This document shows, piece after piece, positions 18,204 to 29,531 of a DNA stretch of 64,000 bases (positions are counted from its first letter, which is position 1; each line of letters opens with the position of its first letter). The notes beneath the pieces were generated by a model. It saw only the letters and a program-made list of their open reading frames with translations, was not told where the DNA came from and ran no database searches. A program made the translations under genes and the position numbers. Where the stretch lies: the NCBI GenBank assembly GCA_021787205.1, contig JAJYME010000007.1, forward strand, positions 74,334 to 138,333, read 5' to 3'. The DNA comes from a bacterium (lineage in GTDB: Bacteria > Patescibacteriota > Minisyncoccia > UBA6257 > Colwellbacteraceae).

Positions 18204-19676
18204 TTATAATCTAACAAGAGTTAGCACAATTGGCAATTCTTCTACAGAATCAAGGCTCTCATAGACATATTCGCTTTTTCCGGTTTCCTTAAAAACATAT
18301 CCGCCAGAAACGGTAATCTTGATCGAGACTGGCATATCCGCCCCCTTTAGCCCTTTATAGAGGAACCTGTAAGACCTTCCTGAAAGCATATCCATTTTAT
18401 CTCGGTATTTAAAAGAAAAGATTCTTCCAATATTGTCGAACTCCTTAACGGAGAGACTATCCGCCAAGCCTTCCAAACCGGCTGTCCTCTTGTTCTCGTT
18501 ATTCGCATTAAGAAATTCAACCGTCTTCGGAACGATGACAAAAAGGTTTTCCAATCCTCTTAAAGAATCCGGCTCCACCCTCTTTAAGGTAACTTCCGTT
18601 TCCTCAGTCCCGTCGGAGAAAAGCTCGGTATTGATTTCCACCTTCGCCCTCAAGGGACTGCTTTCCGAGGCGGTGAAAACTGGCCTTAAGGAAAGATGAT
18701 TAGTCTCCGGAGAGACCTCCGATCTTTTTTCTTTGGGTAAAACGACTTGAAGATTCCCGGCATCGATAATCTTTCCAACATCCTCGGAGAAAGAGAGCAG
18801 TTTTTCCATTGAAAAAATTACTAACCTTTCCCTGGAAACAAACAGGATAGATTTTAAGAAATCCTTCTTCTTTATAACGGCCTCTCTGATGTTGTCGCTA
18901 TCGACAACTATCTTTTCATCCGGAAACTCAATAATGCCGAGATCGTTTACGATTCGGCGGATTCCAGAGAGGTTGATGGCGATAAACGCCAGCTCGTCCT
19001 CGGGGTAAGATTGTTTAATCTTGAAAGCGAGGCTATCAAGATCGGCATAACCGCTCCTTGTAAGGAGGCTGGCAACTTCGGGGGTCGGAGTTAGCTCATT
19101 ATCGAGATCCAGTTTTCCGGAAGAGACTGGATATATCCTTGACTCTAAAATCTTTCCTCCAAGCGGACTGATCTGATTTTCGTCGATGAGCAAGAAAACA
19201 ATCTTCCCATCAGCGGCCATAATTCTCTTAATGGTAGAAATCCTAGTCTCCATCTCAGTCAAATCCAACTGCTTGGAAAGATAGCTTTGGCTCCCGGAAA
19301 CGGAGGCGACGGACATAGATCTAGTCCTTAATTCCTTAAGATCCGCAACTGAGGAAAGGAAATTATCCGTTAGTCTAAGCAGATTGTCGCCGTCAGTCAG
19401 GGCGTACTTGAAAAAATCAGCCGAAAAGGCATCCCTAGCCTTCTCAAAATTGCGAATTTCCGGGACATCGGAATGAGCCGCCACTTTTTTAGTCGCAGTA
19501 AAGGGATTCCATTCAGAAAAGGATAAAATATCATCAAGATGCCCGTTTTTGGGGTCAGCTTCAACCACGCGAATATCCGGATGCTTTTTTATCAAGGCAA
19601 CGCCTCCAAGCCCCGCCCCGACCGCAATAAGGATAAGAAAAAAAGCCACAACCGAAGGTTTTCCCTTTAGTATCAT
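18204..19676 (-). CDS. Membrane-anchored hypothetical protein (possibly a degenerate DUF4012-like protein)
   Basis: 490 aa ORF with N-terminal TM; LLIDENQISPLGG loosely resembles the DUF4012 motif. Confidence 0.65.
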   Translation of the reverse strand: MILKGKPSVVAFFLILIAVGAGLGGVALIKKHPDIRVVEADPKNGHLDDILSFSEWNPFTATKKVAAHSDVPEIRNFEKARDAFSADFFKYALTDGDNLLRLTDNFLSSVADLKELRTRSMSVASVSGSQSYLSKQLDLTEMETRISTIKRIMAADGKIVFLLIDENQISPLGGKILESRIYPVSSGKLDLDNELTPTPEVASLLTRSGYADLDSLAFKIKQSYPEDELAFIAINLSGIRRIVNDLGIIEFPDEKIVVDSDNIREAVIKKKDFLKSILFVSRERLVIFSMEKLLSFSEDVGKIIDAGNLQVVLPKEKRSEVSPETNHLSLRPVFTASESSPLRAKVEINTELFSDGTEETEVTLKRVEPDSLRGLENLFVIVPKTVEFLNANNENKRTAGLEGLADSLSVKEFDNIGRIFSFKYRDKMDMLSGRSYRFLYKGLKGADMPVSIKITVSGGYVFKETGKSEYVYESLDSVEELPIVLTLVRL

Positions 19677-19712
19677 ACTAACCAGTATATCTTATTTTGA
19701 ATGGCGTATCCA

Positions 19713-20264
19713 TCAAATATCCACCTCTCGTTTCCCCCTAAGAATCCTCCTGAACTTGATCAATTGGAGAATTATAAGCAAGATAACGACCGCCATGGCT
19801 GCTAAAATCAACCAAAAATAAAGATATAACCCGCCGATACCCCTCTTAACCATAAAGGTAGTCGAAATCTCCTCAGCAACCCCGCCTTGATCGACTGGCT
19901 CATAGGTCTGGATGAATATATTCAAAGTCTTCATGCCTCCCTTGGCGTCGCTTGGCACGGTCATGTAATCAATAAATGACGCCTGGGTTTCTACCGCTCT
20001 CAATACGTTTTCTCTGGCGATTATCGTATTCCCGTCGAACATCTGATACTCAATCCTTAAATCCCGTCTCCTTGTGTTTTCCGGATATTTTATCTCAACG
20101 TCAAAAAACACCTTATCGCCAGCCTTGACTTCAGTGTAGTTATCCGCGATTCTTGTTTCCAAGGATAGGGCGCTCGCCTTGGTGAACGTCGCAAAAAATA
20201 CGACTCCACATAAAGCGAGTATTAATGGCATTCTTTTATTTTTTATAAGACTTGTTTTCTTCAT
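19713..20264 (-). CDS. Surface protein: signal peptide, Ig-like domain, C-terminal TM anchor
   Basis: KASA-L cleavage site, beta-rich domain with ETQASF motif, hydrophobic C-terminus with basic tail. Confidence 0.75.
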   Translation of the reverse strand: MKKTSLIKNKRMPLILALCGVVFFATFTKASALSLETRIADNYTEVKAGDKVFFDVEIKYPENTRRRDLRIEYQMFDGNTIIARENVLRAVETQASFIDYMTVPSDAKGGMKTLNIFIQTYEPVDQGGVAEEISTTFMVKRGIGGLYLYFWLILAAMAVVILLIILQLIKFRRILRGKREVDI

Positions 20265-20308
20265 CCGAACGATGGTCCGCTTTTAGACAAATGCAGTCTT
20301 GTTTGTTT

Positions 20309-21268
20309 TTATTTTTTTGATTTCAGGTTCTTGTTGACGGTAAAGATCAGAAAACCAACGAATAGTGACATAACTCCGATCAGGACGACGGGAACGAAGG
20401 GGGCGAGTTTCCGATTGCTAAAAGAATCGGTCCTCTGACCATCCTCCGACTTGATTGAAAAGGGCACAGAAAAAGTGTCTCTGATATCGTTGCCGTAAAC
20501 CGTATCAAGACGCAAAACGTATTTTCCTTCCGGGACACTGGGGGCGTATAAAAAATTCCTGTTATAAACCGCTTCGGTTTGAACAGATGTCGTATTTGTC
20601 TCCTTCCATATCTCCCCGCCTCTTGAGTCGATTACCGTAAACACCATATTCACCGGAGTAGAATCGCTTCCAAAGTTCTCGAAGGTGACATGAGCGGAAA
20701 GATCCTGAAGCTTTTTTATCTCGGCGGCGTCTATAAGAAGCCTTATATCAAAGACATGACTTAAGGATGGGTCCTTAACAGTCCCACCTACATCTCCCCG
20801 CCCGGTATATGGCTCGCTCCTGTAGATAGAAGGCCGATAATCGGTATAAATAATGCAGTTCTTGCAATCAAAGTTTATAACCCCGAACTTATCGCCCTCC
20901 AATCTTCCGGAAATCCTTCCCGATCTATCAATAAAGACGCCGTTAAAATCAATCCAGCCTAAATTATCATTCCAAGCTAACCCAGACATTCTGCCGTCCC
21001 TCGAAATCATAACGCCGCCGTCCTTCGGGGCCATATTGATCCACCCATAATTCGCATTCCAGACATACCCCGTCAGGCCGTTATCCGTAATTCTCACATT
21101 GCCATTCGGAGCTCCGAAGTTCAACCAACCCATCTCACTCCCCCAAGCATAGCCGTCATTTTTGTTCCCCAAAATGATATAGCCATCCGTCGTCGAGGCT
21201 CTGGCCCAATCAGAGGTGAATAAGATCATTGTCGAGAATAATATTGTTAAGAATATTTTTTTATTCAT
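20309..21268 (-). CDS. Surface protein with GYAW/GW repeats and C-terminal TM anchor
   Basis: GYAWGSEMGWLNF, GYVWNANYGWIN, GLAWNDNLGWIDF repeats; paralog of the upstream gene. Confidence 0.8.
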   Translation of the reverse strand: MNKKIFLTILFSTMILFTSDWARASTTDGYIILGNKNDGYAWGSEMGWLNFGAPNGNVRITDNGLTGYVWNANYGWINMAPKDGGVMISRDGRMSGLAWNDNLGWIDFNGVFIDRSGRISGRLEGDKFGVINFDCKNCIIYTDYRPSIYRSEPYTGRGDVGGTVKDPSLSHVFDIRLLIDAAEIKKLQDLSAHVTFENFGSDSTPVNMVFTVIDSRGGEIWKETNTTSVQTEAVYNRNFLYAPSVPEGKYVLRLDTVYGNDIRDTFSVPFSIKSEDGQRTDSFSNRKLAPFVPVVLIGVMSLFVGFLIFTVNKNLKSKK

Positions 21269-21327
21269 AATTATTAATTAACCCAATCATTGGGCCTCGA
21301 CCTCATTGTCGGGAATCGCCTCTTTTT

Positions 21328-22755
21328 TTATATTTCCATTTTCTTTTTTTGTTCGTCTCTTTTCTTTTTAAGAAGGAAGAAGATAACGCCGACCGACACG
21401 ATAGCTGCAAAGCCGGCCAATAACCAATAAGGAGAAAAAACTTTCTTCCGACTTATTTCAAAATCAGCAAAGAATGTATCCTCGACATTTTGATTGTAGA
21501 GAGTCTTAAGTCTTAGTCTGTATTTTCCGGGCGCCAACTCGCCGGCATCGAAGAATCTTTTAATAAAGACTGCTTCGGTTTGAACCGTGGTCGAATCAGA
21601 ACCGCTCCAAACCTCTTCGCCTCCAGCGTTGATAATGGCAAATTCCATATTGATTGGAGTCGGAAGACGACCAAAACTGGTGAACATGACTCTCGCTACC
21701 AAGTCGCTAGCTTTGGAAACGGCGCCGCTATCCAACAAAAGCCTGATATCGAACAACTGGGCAGGCTGAGCCTCTTCTGGCGCCGGGGCGGGAGTCGGAG
21801 CGGGAGAAACCGCAGTCGGGACAATGCCGGGAGCGGGGGTGGGAGCAAGAGCAACGCCGGGAGCTGGAGTTGATGGAGCTGCCGGAGCAGGCTGGGCATA
21901 ATCAATCGAATTCGAAATCGTATCGGAACACGAGCCCCACTGTGTGCAGAACTTGGCATAGACAGTCTTCCTGCCAAAATCACCAGGCAATACCCAAGGC
22001 ACGGTAACGGAGGCGGATTCCCGATCGTATCTTATCTGGGAAGGGGTAGCCATATTGGCATCATTTGAAAGCCAGACCAGGTCAGTATTCCCATTGCCTA
22101 AGAGGGTCAGGGCCGTATTGACCGAAGCGGTCACTGGGGCGCCGTTATTTATCAAGACGTTAAAGCCGCCAGGCGGAGTGATGATCCCCTGTGGCGGAAC
22201 AACGCCTCCAGAGATTCCACCTCCTCCACCGCCGCCACCACCGCCACCACCGCCAACGGCTCGATAGCTTATCGGCCGAAAATCGGTCATGACATTACAA
22301 TTTGCGCAACTGAAATTAATCGTACCGACATTATCACCAATAGCCTGACCAATAAATCTGCCGGCAGAATTAATCAAAACACCGGAGAAATTAACCCAAC
22401 CGACGTTCGAACCCCAGGCAAATCCGGAAAGATTGCCGCTCGAGTCGACTCTAATACCGCCATTTGATGGCGATAAGCCGATCCAACCGGAATTGGAATT
22501 CCAGACATACCCGGTCAGGCCGCTATCTGTAATTCTCACGTTGCCGTTCGCGACCCTGAAATTAATCCAGCCAACCTTGCTACCCCAAGCATAACCGTCA
22601 TTGACAGTATTAGTCACGATCGTACCATTAGTTTCACTCGCCATTACGGTAAATGAAGTAAAGGTGAAAACAGCCAAGAGACCAACGCTGAAAATAAAGA
22701 GAAAACGTTTTTTAATTTTTAATCTTTCTTTCATCTGTCTTTTTTGAAATATCAC
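21328..22755 (-). CDS. Surface protein with GYAW/GW repeats, poly-Gly and Pro/Ala linkers, C-terminal TM anchor
   Basis: Same repeats as the downstream paralog, poly-Gly run, PAPA linker, FDIRLL...TVQTEAVF domain. Confidence 0.8.
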   Translation of the reverse strand: MIFQKRQMKERLKIKKRFLFIFSVGLLAVFTFTSFTVMASETNGTIVTNTVNDGYAWGSKVGWINFRVANGNVRITDSGLTGYVWNSNSGWIGLSPSNGGIRVDSSGNLSGFAWGSNVGWVNFSGVLINSAGRFIGQAIGDNVGTINFSCANCNVMTDFRPISYRAVGGGGGGGGGGGGGISGGVVPPQGIITPPGGFNVLINNGAPVTASVNTALTLLGNGNTDLVWLSNDANMATPSQIRYDRESASVTVPWVLPGDFGRKTVYAKFCTQWGSCSDTISNSIDYAQPAPAAPSTPAPGVALAPTPAPGIVPTAVSPAPTPAPAPEEAQPAQLFDIRLLLDSGAVSKASDLVARVMFTSFGRLPTPINMEFAIINAGGEEVWSGSDSTTVQTEAVFIKRFFDAGELAPGKYRLRLKTLYNQNVEDTFFADFEISRKKVFSPYWLLAGFAAIVSVGVIFFLLKKKRDEQKKKMEI

Positions 22756-22776
22756 AATTAAAGAACCCTCTCATTT

Positions 22777-25700
22777 TTAATTGCTGCCAGCCGCCTCACC
22801 TTGCGGCTGAGGAACGACAGGATCAATATTCTCGACCGGCGATGTTGATGGGATAACCTCGGGTAATGGGGTCGGCTCCGGAGCAATTTGAGATTCGCCT
22901 TCTGATAAGGTCCCCGATTCCGAAGGTTCAACCGGGCTGGTTTCTGACTCCGGCCCGGGGTTATCGGCTTCGCTAGGCTGCGGAAAATCCAGTTTTTCCT
23001 CCACTATTGGCGCATCAGATGAGGAAGATTCGACAACTCCTGATTCCGGCGGAGTGGCACTCTCCTCGGTTACACTAGGCGCTGAAGAAACAGGGACGAC
23101 GGGTGAAGCCGGCTGATCAAATTCAAAGAGTTTCTCTCTCTGGGCAAATGCATGCCAGAGAATCTTTACGTCGTTTTGAGGAATATATCCCTCACCGAAG
23201 GAGACGGAGAATCCGATCTTGGTGATGTCTTTTACGTACACAGGAGCATACTCTTTAAAGGAGGTAGCGGTGATGATTGGGAAAAAGTCGTAAGCACTCG
23301 AGAAGGAAACGCTGGCAGATGTTTCTCCGGCTCTCACAATTACCTCTCCAACAGAATCCTTATCAAGAGTGACATGTCCCCCGATAGAAATGGCGCCGGA
23401 AACGACCAAATCATTCAAGTCAGACTGAGAAACACCTGGGACGTTTAATGAAGCGATCTGGCTCTGCAAACTATTGATTTCAAGTTGCTGCTCATTGATA
23501 GCATTCACAAGAATCGGCGCCAGATGGGAATAAGCTATTCCCTTATATCCATCTTTATCCGTCGAGACGATTTCAGGGACGACCTGCTCCATCTTTTGAG
23601 CGCTAAACCCTATTTGAGGCGCAGAACCTCCGATAACGTTGTACCTTATCCCTTCCATTCTGGATACAAGACTCAGGGCATTATCGATCTTTGTGATGTT
23701 CTCCTTAAACCTCTCATCGGAAGAACTTTGCCAAGCTCCAAATTCATCGACATAACCATAGTTGCTCTTTTCCCCGACTTGGAACCTGTAAGACGATGTC
23801 TTCGTCCCGATTCCTATCTTTGAAGCTACCAAACCGTCGGTCGAAATGCTTGCGGAATAAATCCGAGCAATGGCCGATTCTGGCAAGATGGTCATATTGT
23901 TGTCCCGATAAAAAGTAAACTTATCGACTGCATCATAAGGTACCTCGGTCTTAACGCCGTTAAATAAATCTAAGCCGTCAACCAGTTGGTCATTAAAATT
24001 ATATTGAGTAATGGCATCGGGATTCGAGATGCTGCGAGTTTCTATTCTTGCAATCGGACTATCATCTTGCCAGGCCCGAATATAATCAAGATCGATTTGT
24101 CTGGAACCGGTAGTCTCAGTATGCATATTATACAAGGCCACGCCTAAATCCGCCGTCGGCCCGGCGCCAGAGACGGTTCCGCAATCGGTAAAATTAATAC
24201 CATCCGAGACGTCATAATCCATCAAGAATCTTACCGAAGTCGAGCTTTCGACTTGGATCCTTCCTAAGGCGAAAGCGGTGGTGCTGATTGTCCCAGAGCA
24301 GGTGACCGTACCAACGGTCGAGCCAGCGCTGCGGACAACTCCCACCCAGGAGGCATCATTGTTAGTCCAGAAGAAGATTCCGTTATTAGGCAGGGCATCA
24401 TTGGCTACCGGCGCCGCCGTCGCCCTATCCATCAGCCCCCAGACAATATCGTTGGTTGCATTGGTGACGTTAGTCCTGACTTTCATCTGGACGACCGGCA
24501 ATGAGGCTTTGGAGAAAATAGAGCTTAAGGCATTTCCGGCGGCACCAAAACCGATCAGAGCGCCAGTGTTGCTAGTCGTGCCGAAAGTCAGCCTGGCGAA
24601 GCCGCCGATACCGTCAAACGCCGTATAGGAAACGTTGTTGGAGGTGGTGTCAAAATACATCTGACCATTATCACCAATAACAGCGTTATCTGCCGTAATA
24701 GCGTTGGACGTATCGGCATTGAATTCCTCCGAAAAATAGGAGTTATTCCCAAAGAAACCGCCGGATTCAACTAACCCTCCGAAGACTTGGGTTCTGTTTT
24801 GAATCTTGAGGACGGAATAAGGAGTTACTCCATCAGAAGAGAAATCCAAGCCGTTGGGAATATAAACAGTGCTTCCATTCAGAGTAACAGTATCGGTTGA
24901 AGCGTTGCCAAGGATAGAATTTCCATTGACGGACAGGTCGTTATTGAATGTCTTATTACCGCCAAAAGTCTGGGTTGCGGCCGAAGTCAGGCCGGGATTG
25001 GTGATATCCGCCAGAGAGAGAGTGAGCACATTACTGGAAATTGAACCGCCGTTAGCGCTTGAACCGCTTGGAGTCGCAAGAGAAGTGATTATATTCGATC
25101 CGCCGGAAATCTTTGTGATGGCGATTCCTGCCGAACTATTGATGTCGGCGTCCATTATCGTCCCATTCAGAATCTTCGCAGAAGTAATCGCATCATTAGA
25201 GATAGTTAGAGCGCCAGTGTTGGAGAGGGTGGCGTCATTGGAAATTGAGACTGCGGCGGCGGTATTCGAGCCATTACCCACCCAGATCAAGCCGCTGTTT
25301 AAGGCAGTCCCTAATTTATTATTGAAAGTGCTCCAATCGGTGGAGGTGAGCGCTCCGCGAGCGGTCGCGGAAGCACTTGGAATATTGAAGGTATGTGTCG
25401 TTCCAGCGGAACTGATACCAAAATCCATTCCGGCAGTACCCGTGGCAAAAGTCTGGGTCGTCCCGGTCAGTCCGTTCAAAGACGTAATGCCCGAACCAGG
25501 CGAACCAAGAGCAGACCAACCAGTATTCACACTGTCGGTTGCCTTTACATACAAAACCCCATTAGCAGTATCGAGGGCAAGAGAACCCATGTCGGCAGAA
25601 ATATTTCCCTCCGGAGTGCCGGCCCTATTGTAAATACCAAAAGAATCAGTGCCATCACTGAAGTTAAGCCATTGTCCGGCAGAAGTCCTTGTAAACTTCG

Positions 25701-26837
25701 GCAAACCGGCGCCTGTGATGGCTAGCGTCAAATCGTTTCCACCAAGAGTGACTGAAGTTCCAGCATCGACAGTGAGAGCGTCGGCTAACTTTGTGAAATC
25801 AAGCGAATCATCAGTCAAGGCGATGGTGACTCCGGCATTCTCCGTGCCTGAGTTTGCAATGGTAAAGATGTTTTGTCCGCTGTCAGCAAGCGTAGCAACA
25901 TAATTGCCGGTGGTGTCAGCGCCAAGGGCGACAGCATTGCTGCCTATGGTTAAAGCCCCAGTATTACTTATCGTCGCATCACCCGACAAGGCGACACCGG
26001 TCGCGACATTAGATATGTTACCCACAAAAATCAATCCGCTGTTTAAGGCGGTCCCAATTTATTATTGAAGGTGCTCCAATCGGTTGAGGAGAGATAGCCG
26101 TTTGCCGTGCTGCTTGAAGCGCCGATCGAGAAGATCCCAGTCAGGGAGTCGTAAGAAAGCGGACTGGAAGCGGAAACGGCGCCACGGGCAAGAGTGTTCG
26201 AGAAGTACTTGTTGGTCGCTCCCTCCGTCAGGTTGTCGGTCGTCTTGCTGGAGAACCCGGTGTTGAACCTGGTCGTAGTGTAATAAAGATTGGTGTTCTC
26301 CGGAACAACCGAGGTGTCGAGAGTCTGCCAAGTCTTGTCGCCGCGATAATACTGGGCGGATGTTCCAGATGAGATCGCATTCTCCTTGCCGTTGAAGGTG
26401 CTCCAATCAGCCGAAGTCAACAATCCCCGATTAGCAGACGAGGCGCTGGGAAGGTTGAAAGTATGGACTCCTAGGGCTGAAGAAATCGTAAAATCAGTCC
26501 CAGTTGTCGAGGTCGCAAAAGTCTGGCTTCCATCCAAAAGACCGTTTATCGACAGAATTCCGCCGGAACCAGAGACTGCACCTCCATTCCAATATAAGAT
26601 CCCGCCAAGATTATAGAGCCTGTCGGTAGCCGGGGAGGGCGGGGTGGAAAGGCTAGCGAGATTCAAGTTGGAAAATATGTTTGCCACCACATTGCAATTA
26701 GAGTCTGTCGGTTGACAGCCCGGATCAGAAGTCTCTCCAGGAATGAAAGTAGCGTAAACGGGCTTTGATAAAATGGAGAATAAAGCGATTAAGGTGAGCG
26801 AAAGAAAAATATATTTTTTAATCAGTAGTTGTCTCAT
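22777..26837 (-). pseudogene. Large fibre/adhesin-like secreted protein with peptidase S74 chaperone domain, split by a 1-nt frameshift near 26053
   Basis: ORFs 26043-26837 (signal peptide) and 22777-26034 join at a DWSTFNNKLG(T)ALNSGLI repeat that is intact at about 25290-25340; SSDERFKENI..IDNAL..VSRMEGIRY..IGFSAQ..VVPEIV S74 motif. Confidence 0.75.
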
Positions 26838-26966
26838 AAGACTCTCAAATAAAAATCCACCAGATTCATCTGGCGGACTTCGACGGAGCCTCTTAAATTT
26901 ATTAAGATTATTATAACAAAATAAGCTCGCTTGGGCAAAGACTTTTGTGGATAAAAAAGAACAGGC

Positions 26967-29417
26967 TTAAGCCTGTTCTTTTTGGGCTTCTTCCGAGAGC
27001 CCCTCCGATGACAGCTCAGGGAGTTCCTCCTCATGGATTTCTTCCATTCTGTTAATCTGAGGCTGACGGGCAGCCTGTTCTTCGTCTTTGACAATTCTTA
27101 TTCGGAGAATGGTATCGTAGAGCCAATTATTCAGATTCTTCATAATGTCTTTGTAGAGCATATAACTCTCCTTGCGATACTCGACAAGAGGATCGTGCTG
27201 GCCATAAGCGCGGATACGGACAGTATCAGACAGGGCTTCCAGATCTTCCAAATGGTTCATCCAAAGGTTGTCGACAATATTAAGGACGATCGGCTTCAAG
27301 ACTTCCACTGGAGAAATGGCAGCGATCTTATCCAAAGCTTCCTGCCCTTTCTTCTCCTCGCCGTTATCAGCGTCCGCCTCTTCAACAATCATGCTGCTTC
27401 TGGCTTCAATCGCTGACTTCACGAATCCGCTGATGATCTCCCTCAGCTTCTCACCCTCAGCCTCCAAAACATCCTGACGGACTTTATAAACAGCCATCCT
27501 TTGCTTGTTTAAGATGTCATCGTAATCCAAAAGATGTTTTCTGGAATCGAAGTTGATACCCTCAACTTTTCTCTGAGCCTCAATAATGGCCTTAGAGACC
27601 ATGCGAGATTCGATTGGTTGATCCTCAGGGATTTTAAGCATCTGCATCATCCCCTTAAGCCTTTCTCCTCCAAAGATTCTCATCAAATCGTCTTCGAGAG
27701 AAAGATAGAATTGGGAAGAGCCGGGGTCTCCCTGACGGCCCGAACGGCCTCGAAGCTGGTTATCGATGCGTCTGGCATCATGCCTTTCAGTACCGATGAC
27801 ATGCAAACCTCCCAACGCCTTGATCTCATTGTACTTTTCCTCATTGAACGGTGACCCGCCCAAGATGATATCGACGCCGCGACCAGCCATATTGGTAGCG
27901 AGAGTAACGGACCCCCTCTTTCCGGCTTGGGCGATGATCTCTCCTTCCCTTTCGTGGTTCTTAGCATTCAAAGTCTCATGAGCGACGCCGGCTCTTGTCA
28001 GATATTTTGATAAAAGCTCGTTCTTCTCGATAGAGACGGTTCCGATAAGGACCGGTCGGCCCTGATTTCTCATCTCTCGGACAGACTCCACGATCGCCTT
28101 GTATTTGGCCTCTTCAGTACCATAGATAACATCCGCCAAATCGCGCCTGGCAATCGGCTTGTTTGTCGGGATAGTGACAGTCTCCAGATTATAAACCTTA
28201 TGGAACTCTTCGGCTGAAGTCTGGGCTGTTCCCGTCATACCGGAAATCTTCTTATAAAGACGGAAATAGTTCTGGATAGTTATCTGGGCATAGGTCTTTG
28301 ATTCCTCCTGGACTTTCACATTCTCCTTAGCCTCAATCGCCTGATGCAAACCTCCCGAGTAGCGGCGTCCCTGCATCAGTCTACCGGTGAACTGGTCGAC
28401 AATGATAATCTCACCGTCCTTGACCACGTAATCCTTATCCAAAACAAATAAGGCCTTGGCCTTCAGACATTCCTCAAGGTAGTGGACCAATCTCATATTC
28501 TCGGAAGAGAAGAGATCGGTAAGATTAAGCTTTCTTTCCACTTTGTCGATTCCGGCTTCCGTTATCTCAACGGTGCGGAGTTTCTCGTCAACGACAAAAT
28601 CCTCTTCATTGTTAAGATCGGCGACCGCCTTTGTCATTATCTTATAATACTCACTAGACTCAGCGTCTGGAGCGGAGATAATAAGAGGAGTTCTTGCCTC
28701 ATCGATTAAGATGGAGTCAACCTCGTCGATAACGGCATAGTTGTGTCCACGCTGGACCTGGGAAGCGACAGTCGGAGCGAGGTTATCCCTTAAGTAATCG
28801 AAACCGAACTCATGATTCGTTCCATAGGTGATATCTGCCCAATAGGCCTCTCGTCTGCCGACGGCTCTTAAGTATCTGTTCTCAACTTTGAAGGCAGCGG
28901 TCTGATCACGCTTCTCATCAATGTTCTCAGTCTCCATCGACGGATCATAGACAAAAGCGCCGTCGTGAACCAAGCAGGAAACGCGAAGTCCCAGAAGATG
29001 ATAAATCTGCCCCATCCAGACAGCGTCACGTTTTGCCAAATAATCATTAACGGTAATCACGTGAACCCCATCTCCCGTCAGGGCATTGAGATAGGTCGGA
29101 AAGACAGCCGAAAGAGTCTTTCCTTCTCCGGTCATCATTTCAACGATAGTGCCGCGATGAAGATTGATGCCTCCCATCAGCTGGGTATCGTGGGCTCTTT
29201 GCTTCAAAGTTCTCTTAGCCGCTTCCCTAACCAAGGCGTAAGCCTCGGGGAGGGCCAGATTAAGATCAAATCCGCCTTTTATTTTGTCTTGGAGCTTATA
29301 GGACCGTTCCTTAAGGGCCTCATTCGTTAATCCCTCAATTTCCGGCTCGAAAGCATTTATCAAACCAACTTGTTTTTTAACCAATTTTTCCGACTTGCCG
29401 GAAAACAACTTAAGCAT
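26967..29417 (-). CDS. secA: Preprotein translocase SecA
   Basis: EMMTGEGKT, VIDEVDSILIDEARTPLIIS, ATNMAGRGVDI, RGRSGRQGDPG; start set at ATG 29417. Confidence 0.98.
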   Translation of the reverse strand: MLKLFSGKSEKLVKKQVGLINAFEPEIEGLTNEALKERSYKLQDKIKGGFDLNLALPEAYALVREAAKRTLKQRAHDTQLMGGINLHRGTIVEMMTGEGKTLSAVFPTYLNALTGDGVHVITVNDYLAKRDAVWMGQIYHLLGLRVSCLVHDGAFVYDPSMETENIDEKRDQTAAFKVENRYLRAVGRREAYWADITYGTNHEFGFDYLRDNLAPTVASQVQRGHNYAVIDEVDSILIDEARTPLIISAPDAESSEYYKIMTKAVADLNNEEDFVVDEKLRTVEITEAGIDKVERKLNLTDLFSSENMRLVHYLEECLKAKALFVLDKDYVVKDGEIIIVDQFTGRLMQGRRYSGGLHQAIEAKENVKVQEESKTYAQITIQNYFRLYKKISGMTGTAQTSAEEFHKVYNLETVTIPTNKPIARRDLADVIYGTEEAKYKAIVESVREMRNQGRPVLIGTVSIEKNELLSKYLTRAGVAHETLNAKNHEREGEIIAQAGKRGSVTLATNMAGRGVDIILGGSPFNEEKYNEIKALGGLHVIGTERHDARRIDNQLRGRSGRQGDPGSSQFYLSLEDDLMRIFGGERLKGMMQMLKIPEDQPIESRMVSKAIIEAQRKVEGINFDSRKHLLDYDDILNKQRMAVYKVRQDVLEAEGEKLREIISGFVKSAIEARSSMIVEEADADNGEEKKGQEALDKIAAISPVEVLKPIVLNIVDNLWMNHLEDLEALSDTVRIRAYGQHDPLVEYRKESYMLYKDIMKNLNNWLYDTILRIRIVKDEEQAARQPQINRMEEIHEEELPELSSEGLSEEAQKEQA

Positions 29418-29531
29418 TATTAAATTATCGCTTGATTCCAGCCAAATATCAAGGTTTTTCTTGACAAAAATCGCCAAAACAAGCAAAAAAGCACGTCTTT
29501 ATGACGCGCTTTTGCCTTAGTTTCAAATTAT

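Noticed and set aside
21305-21317. 13-mer ATTGTCGGGAATC also found at 46681-46693
   Set aside because: Both copies are intergenic, but two short copies are too little evidence for a repeat family
22219-22254. Poly-Gly codon run as a phase-variable tract
   Set aside because: Mixed Gly codons in triplet units; it is a linker and would not shift the frame
22777-26837. Prophage, suggested by tail-fibre/S74 and baseplate-J-like domains
   Set aside because: No terminase, capsid, portal or integrase; the proteins have signal peptides or TM anchors and sit among housekeeping genes
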